From assembly GCA_045616645.1 (NCBI GenBank), contig JAZLHD010000179.1:5633-69632 (forward strand): a stretch of 64,000 nucleotides of DNA, read 5' to 3'. This stretch comes from Paludibacteraceae bacterium (GTDB lineage: Bacteria; Bacteroidota; Bacteroidia; Bacteroidales; Paludibacteraceae). This document shows, piece by piece, positions 36,051 through 46,064 of the stretch. A program made the position numbers and the translations under genes. The notes beneath the pieces are model-generated. The model had not been told where the DNA came from. It did no database searches and saw only the letters and a program-made list of their open reading frames with translations. The first letter of the stretch is position 1; every line of letters begins with the position of its first letter.

Positions 36051-39000
36051 ATGAAAAAACTACTTTCTGTATTTGGAGCGTTGCTATTTGCAGTAGTGGT
36101 GATGGCACAGAATGTGACATTAAACTACACAAATACTCCTCTCAAGACAGTGTTTGCTTCCATTGAGAAGCAGACGGGTTGGACCATTTCGTATGCTCAA
36201 CCTATTGTCAATCCCAATCAAAAAGTGAGTATTCAAGCTACCGATGAGCCTGTGAATTCTGTTTTAGACCGTTTGTTCGCTAACACGGACATTGTCTATC
36301 GAGTTGAAGGGACCTCGGTGTTGCTGAATGCTAAGTCCTCCACCAAAGTGCAAGCCAAGGGTATTGTAGTAGATGCCAAAGGCGAGCCGGTTATTGGTGC
36401 TACTATTGCCGTTAAAGGAACCAACGATGGTACGATTACCGATCTCGATGGTAATTTCTCTCTTTCGGCTTTGGAAAACGATGTACTTGTGTTTTCGTAT
36501 GTAGGATTTAAGTCTCAGGAACTCAAGCCTACTCAGAACATGAAAGTTATCCTCAAAGAGGATACCGAAGTGTTGGAGGAAGTGGTAGTTATTGGTTATG
36601 GTGCCGTTCGTAAGAGTGATTTGACGGGTGCTATTTCCTCGGTTAAGACCGAAGAGATGAACCAGACCGTTCCTTCTCTTGAACAAGCTTTGGTAGGTCA
36701 CACTCCCGGTGTAGAAATTAAGCAGACTTCCGGTGCTCCGGGTTCGTCGGCTACGATACATATTCGTGGTGTGAACTCAGTCTATGGAGATGTTGAACCA
36801 TTGTATGTTATTGATGGCTATCCTGCTTCGAAGGATCAATATATCAACCCCAGCGATGTACAATCGATTGAGATATTGAAGGATGCTGCTTCTGCTGCCA
36901 TTTATGGTAGCCGTGCTGCCGGTGGCGTGGTATTGATCACGACCAAACGTGGTGATAAGGGCAAACTCAATGTCAATGTGGATTACCAATTCTCGATGCA
37001 GCAATTGCAGAAGAAGGTAAAAATGATGAATGCGGAAGAATTTAAGAAGTTGCACCAAGATGGTTATAACAATTCTTATTTTGATTGGTTGCGTAATCGG
37101 AAAAATTCCGATGGAGACTATTTATATACCGAAGAAGAGGCTTGGCAATATTCTCGCAACGATAATAATGAGCAGCGTATTGCGAGAGGTGTTCCCTCTT
37201 CGGGTTCAATGTATCTCCTTTGCCCCGATATTGTGGATAGTAACTACGATACGGATTGGCAGGACGCATTGTTCCGTAATGCGCCGATGCATCGTGTAAA
37301 CTTCAGTGTAAGCGGTGGCCGTGACAAGTCGCGTTTTATGTTCTCGTTGGGTTATTTGAACCAAGATGGTATCATTGCTCCGGGTAATCACCAACGCATC
37401 ACCACGCGTTTGAATATGGACTTTGATGTGAGCAAACATTTCTCTGTAGGTGTTAGCTCAAATATGTACTATGTGAAAGAGCGTGTAGTTCGCACGGATG
37501 GTTTGGCATTCAATGATGGTATTATTTTGAATGCGCTTTGTATGCCGCCTACTTATCCTGTATATAATGCGGATGGTTCGTATGCGGTGGGTGTTAGTTA
37601 TAAAAATGGAGAAAGTAGCGAACAGGCTTATGTGTGCTTTGGTGGAGAGAACCCTGTTGCTCTCGCTAATGGCCGTAAGGAATATAACACGAAAGCTCGT
37701 TTTGGTATCAATGCTTATGCGCAATATACTTTCCTTGAAGGTTTCTTTGCTAAAGTGGATTTAGGTATGCAGATTTCGGATCAGATTTATAACCTCTATC
37801 GTCCTCTGTCATTAGGTCAGAGTAACTATGCTCCGGGTGATCCGAAGAATGAGCAGGTTATTTGCAAAGACTATCGTGACTTCAATACGGATTGGTTGTT
37901 AGAGGCAACGCTGAATTATAACAAAACGATAAAAGAGAAGCATACTGTTAATGCTGTACTTGGTTATTCGATGCAGAAGAAGAACTATAACAACATTGAT
38001 GCTAAATCCGTGCTTGGTGCTTATACGGATGATCGTATTGGAACGTTAGCTGCGGCTCAACCGACTGAGTCGGATGAGAATGGTACGTTAGCTGTATCCG
38101 ATTTGATGGGTTGGTCTTTGATGTCCGTTTTTGCTCGTGCGATGTATAATTATGACAAACGTTATACGGTCTCTTTAACCGTTCGTGGTGATGGTTGCTC
38201 GCGTTTTGGAGCTACCAACCGTTGGGGTTTCTTCCCGTCTGTGAGTGCGGGTTGGAACATTACCAATGAGTCTTGGGCGGTAGATGCACAGCGTTATGTG
38301 ACGGCTAAGTTGCGTGCTTCGTGGGGATTGAGTGGTAACAATAATATTGGTAACTATAACCATTTGGCACTCATGACTTCTGGCGCGTACTTGTTTGGAG
38401 GGAATGATTATACGACCTATTATCCTGTGTCTGCGGACTCTAACTTAGGTTGGGAGAAAACCAGTCAAACGAACATTGGTACGGATATGACGTTCTTGAG
38501 TGGTCGTATTAACTTAGTGATGAACTACTACTATTCCGTTACTTCCGACTTGCTCTATCAGACTACCACTTCAGCCACGATGGGTGAAACGAAGATGTGG
38601 ACGAACCTCAAGAATGGTAAGGTATATAACCAAGGTGGGGACATTCTTATTGATGCCGTTCCCGTTCAAACGAAAGATTGGAAATGGACTTTGGGTGTGA
38701 ACTTCTCTCTCAATCGTAACCGCGTAGAAGGTTTGGAGGATGAGATTCTTATTGCCGGTCAGCGTAAGCAGATTACGCACATCACGCGCAATGGTGCTCC
38801 TATTGGTTCGTTCTATGGAATGGTTAGTGACGGACTTATCTCCGAGTCGGATTATGCTCTTATTAAAGAGGATAAGAAACATCTGGATAGTAAAGGAAAC
38901 TTTGAAGATGGATATACTCGTCAAGGTCCTGCAGTGAACGATTATGCTAACGTGTATATAGGTGACGTGAAGTGGAGAGATGTCAACGGGGACGGTAAGA

Positions 39001-39545
39001 TTACCGAAGATGACCGCGATATCATTGGTGATAACTATCCTAAGTTCACCTACGGTTTTAATACCTCGTTGAGTTGGAAAGGGCTTTGTTTGAGTGCTAC
39101 ATTTGATGGAAGCTATGGAAATAAGGTGATTAACTTCTCTCGTTATTACGCATGTAACCTTGAGGGTGGTTGTAACACGATGACCGTTGCTCTCAATCGT
39201 TATGGCAATGTGGATAAGGTGGATGAGAACACTATGTTCCGTGCTAACCGTGCCCAAAAGAACCTCAACACGAAGTTCTCGACTTATATGATGGAGGACG
39301 CTTCATTCTTGCGAATGACGAATTTAATGCTCGGTTATACGATTCCTGATAACAACTTCTTTAAGAAGATTCATTTGGAGCGTTTCTACCTTTATTTCTC
39401 AGTTGATAACGTGTTTACGGCAACGAAATACAATGGTTACAACCCAGATGTTGATTACAACGCGAGCAATACAGCTCCCGGTATTGACTTTGGTACTTAT
39501 CCTTTGTCTCGTACGTTCAGCGGTGGTATTAAACTGACTTTCTAA
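36051..39545 (+). CDS. SusC/RagA-family TonB-dependent transducer with an N-terminal STN signalling domain
   Basis: STN-like segment (VTLNYTNTPLKTVFASIEKQTGWTISY), a CarboxypepD_reg-like domain (GIVVDAKGEPVIGATIAVKGTNDGTITDLDGNFSL), a TonB-box/plug, and the C-terminal ...SGGIKLTF. Confidence 0.95.
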   Translation: MKKLLSVFGALLFAVVVMAQNVTLNYTNTPLKTVFASIEKQTGWTISYAQPIVNPNQKVSIQATDEPVNSVLDRLFANTDIVYRVEGTSVLLNAKSSTKVQAKGIVVDAKGEPVIGATIAVKGTNDGTITDLDGNFSLSALENDVLVFSYVGFKSQELKPTQNMKVILKEDTEVLEEVVVIGYGAVRKSDLTGAISSVKTEEMNQTVPSLEQALVGHTPGVEIKQTSGAPGSSATIHIRGVNSVYGDVEPLYVIDGYPASKDQYINPSDVQSIEILKDAASAAIYGSRAAGGVVLITTKRGDKGKLNVNVDYQFSMQQLQKKVKMMNAEEFKKLHQDGYNNSYFDWLRNRKNSDGDYLYTEEEAWQYSRNDNNEQRIARGVPSSGSMYLLCPDIVDSNYDTDWQDALFRNAPMHRVNFSVSGGRDKSRFMFSLGYLNQDGIIAPGNHQRITTRLNMDFDVSKHFSVGVSSNMYYVKERVVRTDGLAFNDGIILNALCMPPTYPVYNADGSYAVGVSYKNGESSEQAYVCFGGENPVALANGRKEYNTKARFGINAYAQYTFLEGFFAKVDLGMQISDQIYNLYRPLSLGQSNYAPGDPKNEQVICKDYRDFNTDWLLEATLNYNKTIKEKHTVNAVLGYSMQKKNYNNIDAKSVLGAYTDDRIGTLAAAQPTESDENGTLAVSDLMGWSLMSVFARAMYNYDKRYTVSLTVRGDGCSRFGATNRWGFFPSVSAGWNITNESWAVDAQRYVTAKLRASWGLSGNNNIGNYNHLALMTSGAYLFGGNDYTTYYPVSADSNLGWEKTSQTNIGTDMTFLSGRINLVMNYYYSVTSDLLYQTTTSATMGETKMWTNLKNGKVYNQGGDILIDAVPVQTKDWKWTLGVNFSLNRNRVEGLEDEILIAGQRKQITHITRNGAPIGSFYGMVSDGLISESDYALIKEDKKHLDSKGNFEDGYTRQGPAVNDYANVYIGDVKWRDVNGDGKITEDDRDIIGDNYPKFTYGFNTSLSWKGLCLSATFDGSYGNKVINFSRYYACNLEGGCNTMTVALNRYGNVDKVDENTMFRANRAQKNLNTKFSTYMMEDASFLRMTNLMLGYTIPDNNFFKKIHLERFYLYFSVDNVFTATKYNGYNPDVDYNASNTAPGIDFGTYPLSRTFSGGIKLTF

Positions 39546-39583
39546 ATTCGTTCAACTTGTTCAACCGTTAAACTTGTAAATAT

Positions 39584-41098
39584 ATGAAAAAAATTCTATT
39601 ATTCATTGTTGCTATAGCAACTCTGAGTTCGTGTAATTTCCTCAATATGTCGGATCCGGATGCTTTTGATGAGAGCAAGTTCTACCAATCTCCGGAGGAC
39701 ATGGAAAGCCTATTGGCATCCTCGTACGAGGCTTTCCGTGAAGCAAATAAAAATATGTTCTTCGTTACCGAAATGAAGTCGGATAATGCTACCACAACGG
39801 CCGGTTCATCCAGTGCGGGAGTGTATTCATCTTTTGTTAATCACAATGTGATGAGTTCGAATATGATTGTGTATAACTTGTACACGAATTTGTATCAAAC
39901 TATCCATCGTGCTAACTTGACATTACAACACATCAATGACATCAAGTGGGTAGACGAAAATGAGAAAAATAGAATAGTGGGTGAGGCCACGTTTATGCGT
40001 GCATTAGCTCATTTCTATCTGGTTCGGTTATGGGGACCTGTCACCAAACTTGACCATGTTGTTTCCTCGTCTGCGGATGCTGCCAAAGCCAAACGTAACT
40101 CGGAGGAAGAGGTGTATCAGTTCATTATTAGCGATCTGAAATCGCTCACCACGAACAATGCTATGCCGAATGTTTATGCTCCGGGTAGTACGATGTATGG
40201 TCACGCGTCAAAGACTGCTGTTTATGCGTTGTTAGGACGTGTCTATCTGCAATATGCCGCCACGCTCAATCACAATGAGGCCTATTCATTGGCGATTGAT
40301 GCGCTTAAACAAGCCGAAGCTATTGGTGAGTATAAGGAACTGACTATTCCCTTTGCGGATGTATTCAATGTGGAGAAAAAACAGAATGCGGAGATTATCT
40401 TTGCCGTTCAGTACAAAGCTACGGAGACGCAGTCCAGTCCTTTTGCCGCTTATTTCCAAATCAAGTCCGGACAAACATCCATGGGTTCCGGTCGTGGTTT
40501 CAACTTAGGCGAGCCTAACCTCTATAATGAGTTTGATGCACAAGAGGCTAAGGATGGTCGTTGGGGGCTTTGTATCACAACTTATACCGCTAAGAATAGC
40601 ACGACCACACAATATTACACTAAAAAATATACGGATAAAAACAATATGGTGGGATATGGTGGTAACGACTGGTACGAGCTGCGTTTTGCGGATGTTTATC
40701 TGATGTTAGCTGAAGCCTACGAGCGCGTTGGTCAACCGGAAAATGCCATTCTGTATTTGGATAAAGTGCGTACTCGCACAGGGAATAATCTTGCCAATTA
40801 TGCGACCTCGCTTCAGGATGCTAAATATGCGGCTAAGTATTCCGATTTGCGTGCAGCCATCTTCCATGAGCGTCGCTTGGAGTTGTGCTTCGAGAACGTT
40901 CGTTGGTTTGACTTACAGCGTCTCTATCCCAACCATGATGATTTGGCGGCTTATATGCGCAGCATTAAAGTGGTAGATTTCGCAGAGCCCACTAAGTTCT
41001 CGGACTTCAAGGCATACGAGGCTTTATTGCCTATTCCTTATAACGAGACTTATCTCAATCCGAATTTAGGACAAAACGAGGGTTATACCTCTCACTAA
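39584..41098 (+). CDS. RagB/SusD-family nutrient-binding outer membrane lipoprotein
   Basis: Lipobox LSSC, ERRLELCFENVRWFDLQR and LPIPYNE motifs, immediately downstream of susC. Confidence 0.95.
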   Translation: MKKILLFIVAIATLSSCNFLNMSDPDAFDESKFYQSPEDMESLLASSYEAFREANKNMFFVTEMKSDNATTTAGSSSAGVYSSFVNHNVMSSNMIVYNLYTNLYQTIHRANLTLQHINDIKWVDENEKNRIVGEATFMRALAHFYLVRLWGPVTKLDHVVSSSADAAKAKRNSEEEVYQFIISDLKSLTTNNAMPNVYAPGSTMYGHASKTAVYALLGRVYLQYAATLNHNEAYSLAIDALKQAEAIGEYKELTIPFADVFNVEKKQNAEIIFAVQYKATETQSSPFAAYFQIKSGQTSMGSGRGFNLGEPNLYNEFDAQEAKDGRWGLCITTYTAKNSTTTQYYTKKYTDKNNMVGYGGNDWYELRFADVYLMLAEAYERVGQPENAILYLDKVRTRTGNNLANYATSLQDAKYAAKYSDLRAAIFHERRLELCFENVRWFDLQRLYPNHDDLAAYMRSIKVVDFAEPTKFSDFKAYEALLPIPYNETYLNPNLGQNEGYTSH

Positions 41099-41181
41099 TC
41101 AACGAATCCTGTAAGCCCCCTCTCATATAGGGGAGGGGGTGAAAAAGGTAACATAATTAACCAATAAATTTTATTAAAACA

Positions 41182-41817
41182 ATGAAAAAAGCTTTTCTTT
41201 TTGTAGCTGCTTTAGCTTGCAGCGCAATGATGTTCTCTCAGGAGATTATCAACACTTGGGTAAACGATGAACTCGCAGTAGATCAAGAGTGGGTTAGCGG
41301 TACGGCTTATCCTACCTTCGAATTTGACGAGTACATCTCTTGTGGTACTACCGGAGGTGACAATGGTACATTCTATGAGACCGACAAGTCTCTGGGTGAC
41401 TGGCGTGTTTATCGCGCTCGTGGTGAGGGCGAAGGTAAGTTCTGGATCGCTGCCGAAGGTGCAAAGATCAACAAAGTTTCTTTCACCCAGTATGGTGCAT
41501 CCGTAGAAAAGGGTGGAGGCTTGTTGAGTAAAGTTCCGGGTGAGGCTTTAACCGACTCTATTGCTTCGGACTCTATCCTCGTGTTTGCTGAACCCGTAGA
41601 TTCCGTTATTTTGTATGCGGGTACAAGTAACAGTTCCGCTGCCGGTCAAAAGACTGCTGCACAATTACGTATCCAACGTTTCTTCATTGAATACACCATC
41701 AATGAGACCGGTTTGAAGCAAGTGATTGGTGTTGAGCCTAAGACGAAGAAAGTCGTTCGTGACGGTGTTGTTTACATCCAAAAGGACGAGAAAGAAATCA
41801 ACATGTTAGGTTTCTAA
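41182..41817 (+). CDS. secreted hypothetical protein (211 aa). It has a single copy of the X domain found at the N-termini of the 57499 and 63169 proteins.
   Basis: Signal peptide. GDWRVYRARGEGEGKFWIAAEGAKINKVSF and AAQLRIQRFFIEY parallel YDWRMYQARANGQFTISAADGYLITSVKL and GQARIRSFSVTYE in the 57499 protein. Confidence 0.6.
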   Translation: MKKAFLFVAALACSAMMFSQEIINTWVNDELAVDQEWVSGTAYPTFEFDEYISCGTTGGDNGTFYETDKSLGDWRVYRARGEGEGKFWIAAEGAKINKVSFTQYGASVEKGGGLLSKVPGEALTDSIASDSILVFAEPVDSVILYAGTSNSSAAGQKTAAQLRIQRFFIEYTINETGLKQVIGVEPKTKKVVRDGVVYIQKDEKEINMLGF

Positions 41818-41827
41818 CTTTTTGTCT

Positions 41828-41866
41828 ATCAGGACATCCTGTGTATCGGGGTGTCCTGATATTTTT
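41828..41866 (+). terminator. rho-independent terminator
   Basis: atcaggacatcc ... ggtgtcctgat hairpin (41828-41860) followed by attttt. Confidence 0.7.
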
Positions 41867-41902
41867 ATAATCCTTTTTTCTTTACCAGTTATTCTTATTA
41901 TT

Positions 41903-44776
41903 ATGCGTCGAATTTTTCTTGTTTGCTTATCTGTTATTAGTTGCCTCAGTGTGAAGGCAGAGTGGACATTTGTAGAGACTTTTGCTTCGAAAGACTTACA
42001 ACACAAAATCATTTGTCCCTCCTCTACTCCGAATACCCCGCAAGTGTTTACGGGACAGAAAGGGGTTAAGTGGGAGTATTGGTTAGGTGGCGGTAACCAC
42101 GAGTGCTTTGGAGCCAAAGACTCCTGTATGTATCTAAGGGCGCGCAAGAGTAATGAGACGTGTGACTATGGTTATTTGACCAATGTGATGCCGATGTCCG
42201 GTGGACTTAAATCCCTCTCTTTTTCATGGAAACAAGGAGGAAACGAGAGTGAGATAACCAACTATGACATTGCTATTTTAGTGAACGGAGAGTTGGTGGG
42301 AGAGATCAAGCAAGCGGCTCGTCCGACCTATACTGCGCCCGATTCGACGCCTTTTTACTATGAACTTAATGACCTTAATATCGAGGGAGATTTTACCCTT
42401 CGTATCGAGAACCGCACCCAATATACAGGTTCGGTGAGCGTGAATAGAGGTCGATTTGTTTTCAACGATTTGACACTGACAATGTTAGAAGATGAGCCTG
42501 CCGGTCCTCAGGTGCACGGCTACGTCTTAGATCAAAATAAACAACCCGTCTTGGCAACCGTAAGTGATGGTTTCTCGGTGGTGAAGACGGATGAGAAAGG
42601 GTTTTATAGTATTGCCCTTAACGACTTATCGGAGTTTGTATCTATTTGTGTACCGTCCGGATATGATATCCCGCTTGATGAGATGGGTTCTCCGCACATG
42701 TATGCTCCGGTTAATCAGTTTGGAGACCAACGTGTCGATTTTACCCTCAATCGTCAAGCCGATGGCGGTAAAGCCGACTCAGCGCACGTGATGCTCGTTA
42801 TTTCTGACCCGCAAGTGCTGGATAATTACAATGTTTGGCGTTATCGTGAAGAGTCCCTTAAAGACATGAAAGAACTCATTGCTTCCTATCCCGAGGGCAC
42901 AAAGATTTATACTAGTATCGTTGGGGATGTAGTTTGGGATTGGTATAATGCTTTTGAGACACAGAAAAAGAACATGGCGAGTCTGGGAGTGCCTTGTCTT
43001 GTGACCATTGGCAACCACGACCACAACTGCAAAGCCAAATGTGTGGGCGAAGCGGAACAAGATCGATTGGCAGACGACCTCTATACTGCCGTGTTTGGTC
43101 CTACCTATTATAGTTATAATATTGGTGCTATTCACTATATCTCTCTTGATAATATCTATTATACCGGTTGCGGAGGAGAGAAAGGGTACAAATATGTGAT
43201 GCCCGAATATGAGTTGGAGTGGCTTAGACAAGATGTGGCATCGTTGCCTGAAGAAACTCCTATCGTGGTGTTCTGTCACGCTTCTTTCTCGTCCAGTTAT
43301 ACGAGTCTAATGCCGGAACTAAAAGAACTATTCAATAAAGGCAACGTGACTCAATATATCATTTCGGGTCACACCCATAATCCTCACACATACTATCACT
43401 CGGAGTATTTGAGGGAGTTGAATTTAGGTGCTGTCAAAGGTGCTTTCTGGGCGGCTAACATCTGTGGCGACGGAACACCTAATGGTTATGAGGTGATGCA
43501 AGCCGGTCCGAAGGGTTATACGGACTATTACTATAAATCCACCGGTTTTGACCGTAGCCATCAGTTTCGCGCATACGCACCGGGCAATATTGCTTCCGAC
43601 CACATGTCTGATCAAGTGCGTGCGACGGTGTGGGGATATGAGAAGGATTGGCAAGTTTATATTTACGAGAATGGGGAGAAGAGTGAGATGAAGAAATATT
43701 CGGGCACGGATCCCATTGCATACGATGTGATGCAAGAAGATGGAGATAAGCGTCCCAACTATCCGGGTAGTGACGGAGGTACGATAGCCAGTAAGAACCC
43801 GGGTTATGTTATGTCGGGAGGACACATGTTCCGCTATCAGCCCAAAGACCCTAATGCGTATATGGAGGTCGAGGTTGTTGACCGTTGGGGTTATGTCTAT
43901 CGTGGACCGGTCACGCATAATATTATGACGGCTGAGTTTACGGACCAAGACACCGCTTGGGTTTACGAACAGGACTTCAATGGGTTATTTGCTTATCCCA
44001 ATCATTTTAAGGCGGATTTAGCCAAGGGGACTTTCGTACAAGGACACTATCCTTTAGGATGGTACGCTACTACCGGAGGCACAACCGGTTCTAAGTATGC
44101 AACCTTCAACTATTACCGCATTGGTAATGGTTCGCACACGGCTGCGGGGTTATATAACTATGGTGAAGGCGATCCGTCGGTAGCCAATAAGAACAAAACC
44201 GAGCGTTGCATTGGTTTGCAACCGGGTAATGCGGATAGGGGGATTGCTGTCGGTGTGGTAATAGAGAATAACACGCAAGAACGCATCACCTCTTTGGATA
44301 TCGAATATACGGGTGAGATCTGGCGCGTGGGAGAATCCACGGCGGCGCACACGATGACATTTGATTACCTTGTTAATCCGGATATCAGCGCATTGCGTGA
44401 GCGCACCAAATGGGTAGGGCAATTACCGATGGTGCCTTTTGCTAAACTGAATTTCACGACGCCTTCGACGCTCATCGCTTCGGGTACGAACACGGCTGTG
44501 GATGGTAATAATGCCAATAACCGCAAGACGGTTAGGGCGTCCTTACCGGTTATCCTTGAACCGCGTGAGTGCGTTTTACTGCGTTGGACGAATCCCTATA
44601 ATAATGGGAAAGAGCAGGGTATAGGTGTGGATGATGTTAAAGTCAAGGCGCACACCGAACCTACAGCTCTCTATAACGTGAAAGCTGTTGATAATGTCAA
44701 GAAGACGTATCGCGATGGGCAGATCCTCATTATTAAGAATAAGCAAGTGTATAATATTTTAGGAATACAACAATAA
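41903..44776 (+). CDS. secreted calcineurin-like metallophosphoesterase with an N-terminal Y domain and extra C-terminal domains
   Basis: Signal peptide MRRIFLVCLSVISCLSVKA. Metallophosphatase motifs (VISDPQ, GDVVWD, TIGNHDHN, GHTHNPH). The Y-domain signature GGLKSLSFSWKQ. The start is moved to the ATG at 41903, downstream of the terminator. Confidence 0.8.
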   Translation: MRRIFLVCLSVISCLSVKAEWTFVETFASKDLQHKIICPSSTPNTPQVFTGQKGVKWEYWLGGGNHECFGAKDSCMYLRARKSNETCDYGYLTNVMPMSGGLKSLSFSWKQGGNESEITNYDIAILVNGELVGEIKQAARPTYTAPDSTPFYYELNDLNIEGDFTLRIENRTQYTGSVSVNRGRFVFNDLTLTMLEDEPAGPQVHGYVLDQNKQPVLATVSDGFSVVKTDEKGFYSIALNDLSEFVSICVPSGYDIPLDEMGSPHMYAPVNQFGDQRVDFTLNRQADGGKADSAHVMLVISDPQVLDNYNVWRYREESLKDMKELIASYPEGTKIYTSIVGDVVWDWYNAFETQKKNMASLGVPCLVTIGNHDHNCKAKCVGEAEQDRLADDLYTAVFGPTYYSYNIGAIHYISLDNIYYTGCGGEKGYKYVMPEYELEWLRQDVASLPEETPIVVFCHASFSSSYTSLMPELKELFNKGNVTQYIISGHTHNPHTYYHSEYLRELNLGAVKGAFWAANICGDGTPNGYEVMQAGPKGYTDYYYKSTGFDRSHQFRAYAPGNIASDHMSDQVRATVWGYEKDWQVYIYENGEKSEMKKYSGTDPIAYDVMQEDGDKRPNYPGSDGGTIASKNPGYVMSGGHMFRYQPKDPNAYMEVEVVDRWGYVYRGPVTHNIMTAEFTDQDTAWVYEQDFNGLFAYPNHFKADLAKGTFVQGHYPLGWYATTGGTTGSKYATFNYYRIGNGSHTAAGLYNYGEGDPSVANKNKTERCIGLQPGNADRGIAVGVVIENNTQERITSLDIEYTGEIWRVGESTAAHTMTFDYLVNPDISALRERTKWVGQLPMVPFAKLNFTTPSTLIASGTNTAVDGNNANNRKTVRASLPVILEPRECVLLRWTNPYNNGKEQGIGVDDVKVKAHTEPTALYNVKAVDNVKKTYRDGQILIIKNKQVYNILGIQQ

Positions 44777-44780
44777 CACG

Positions 44781-46064
44781 ATGACGCAAGAACAAAAAAC
44801 TCGCCAGGGAATCTTCTGGGCAGTGACGATTGGCTATGGACTTTTCTATGTCTGCCGCCTGAGTATTAATGTCCTCAAAAAGGGTATTGTGGATGATGGT
44901 ATCGCCACCGAGTCGCAGTTGGGTATCATAGGCTCCGCCCTATTCTTTGCCTACGCAGTAGGTAAGTTCTTCAATGGTTTTCTTGCAGACCGAGTCAATC
45001 TGCGCCTGTTCATGTCGGGGGCATTGTTGGTTTGCGCTATTGTGAATGCCGTGTTGGCTATTGGTGTTCCGTTTTGGTTTTTTGTTGTGCTGTGGGCTCT
45101 TAATGGTTGGTTCCAATCCGCAGGTGCGCCCTGTTCTATTATCTCGCTTAAGCGATGGTTTGACCCCAATAATTACGGAACGATGTACGGCTATTGGTCT
45201 GCATCGCACAATATAGGTGAAGCTCTTACGTTCCTTGTGACGGCAGCGGTGGTGAGTGCTTGGGGCTGGCGTGCAGGGTTCTTGAGTGCTGCGGCTATTG
45301 GTTTGTTTGGTGTTTTAGTTATTCTCGTTTTCCTTAAGCAATATGTAGCACCGCAGGAGGTGACAATGACCGAAACGGAAAAACAGAAGAACATCGGTAA
45401 AAAACAAATAGAAGTTCTCAAGATGCCTATTATTTGGGTGCTTGCCCTTGCGTCTGCGTTCTTCTATGTTGGGCGTTACGCGGTGAATAGTTGGGGAATT
45501 TATTTCCTCCAAAATGCAAAGGATTATTCAACCGTTGCCGCTTCATCCACGGTAGCGATTAACAGTATATGCGGTATTGTAGGAACCGTAGCCTCGGGAT
45601 TGATCAGCGATAAATTCTTCAAAAGTGATCGTGTTTTTATGGCACTTATCACGTCTCTCATTAATTTGGGATCCTTGTTGTTGTTCTTGTTTGTGCCGGC
45701 GGGTTATTTCTGGGTTGACTGTGCAGCGATGGTTCTCTTTGGTTTGAGCGTGGGGATTCTCCTTTGCTTCCTTGGCGGACTGATGGCGGTCGATGTCGCT
45801 CCTGAGGAGGCTGTTGGAGCTGCGGTAGGAGTTATTGGAATGGCTTCCTACGCTGCGGCAGGATTACAAGATATTGTGAGTGGATATCTGATTGAGGGCC
45901 GTAAGACGGTGGTGGAAGTGATGAACGAAGCCGGTGAGATGGTACAGCAGACGATGTACGACTTCTCCGCCATTCGTTTCTTCTGGATAGGTGCTGCTAC
46001 CTTGTCGTTAGTCTTGTTACTTTTTCTCTATATTCGTCAAATCCGTAGAAAAAACACATTATGA
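44781..46064 (+). CDS. MFS transporter, organophosphate:Pi antiporter (GlpT/UhpC-like) family
   Basis: 12-TM profile. The N-terminal region FYVCRLSINVLKKG...FFNGFLADRVNLRLF...NGWFQSAGAPC aligns by eye with GlpT (YLVRKNF...SDRSNPRVF...CGWFQGMGWPPC). Confidence 0.8.
   Translation: MTQEQKTRQGIFWAVTIGYGLFYVCRLSINVLKKGIVDDGIATESQLGIIGSALFFAYAVGKFFNGFLADRVNLRLFMSGALLVCAIVNAVLAIGVPFWFFVVLWALNGWFQSAGAPCSIISLKRWFDPNNYGTMYGYWSASHNIGEALTFLVTAAVVSAWGWRAGFLSAAAIGLFGVLVILVFLKQYVAPQEVTMTETEKQKNIGKKQIEVLKMPIIWVLALASAFFYVGRYAVNSWGIYFLQNAKDYSTVAASSTVAINSICGIVGTVASGLISDKFFKSDRVFMALITSLINLGSLLLFLFVPAGYFWVDCAAMVLFGLSVGILLCFLGGLMAVDVAPEEAVGAAVGVIGMASYAAAGLQDIVSGYLIEGRKTVVEVMNEAGEMVQQTMYDFSAIRFFWIGAATLSLVLLLFLYIRQIRRKNTL

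Noticed and set aside
38571-39257. 228-aa minus-strand ORF inside susC, and similar antisense ORFs inside nifJ, ligA, the GH20 gene, the giant surface-protein gene and the paralog (e.g. 8730-9206, 2795-3094, 51075-51506, 60964-61479, 62242-62775, 63373-63855)
   Set aside because: All are embedded antisense or out of frame within long ORFs that have clear family motifs. They have no motifs of their own and are typical shadow ORFs.
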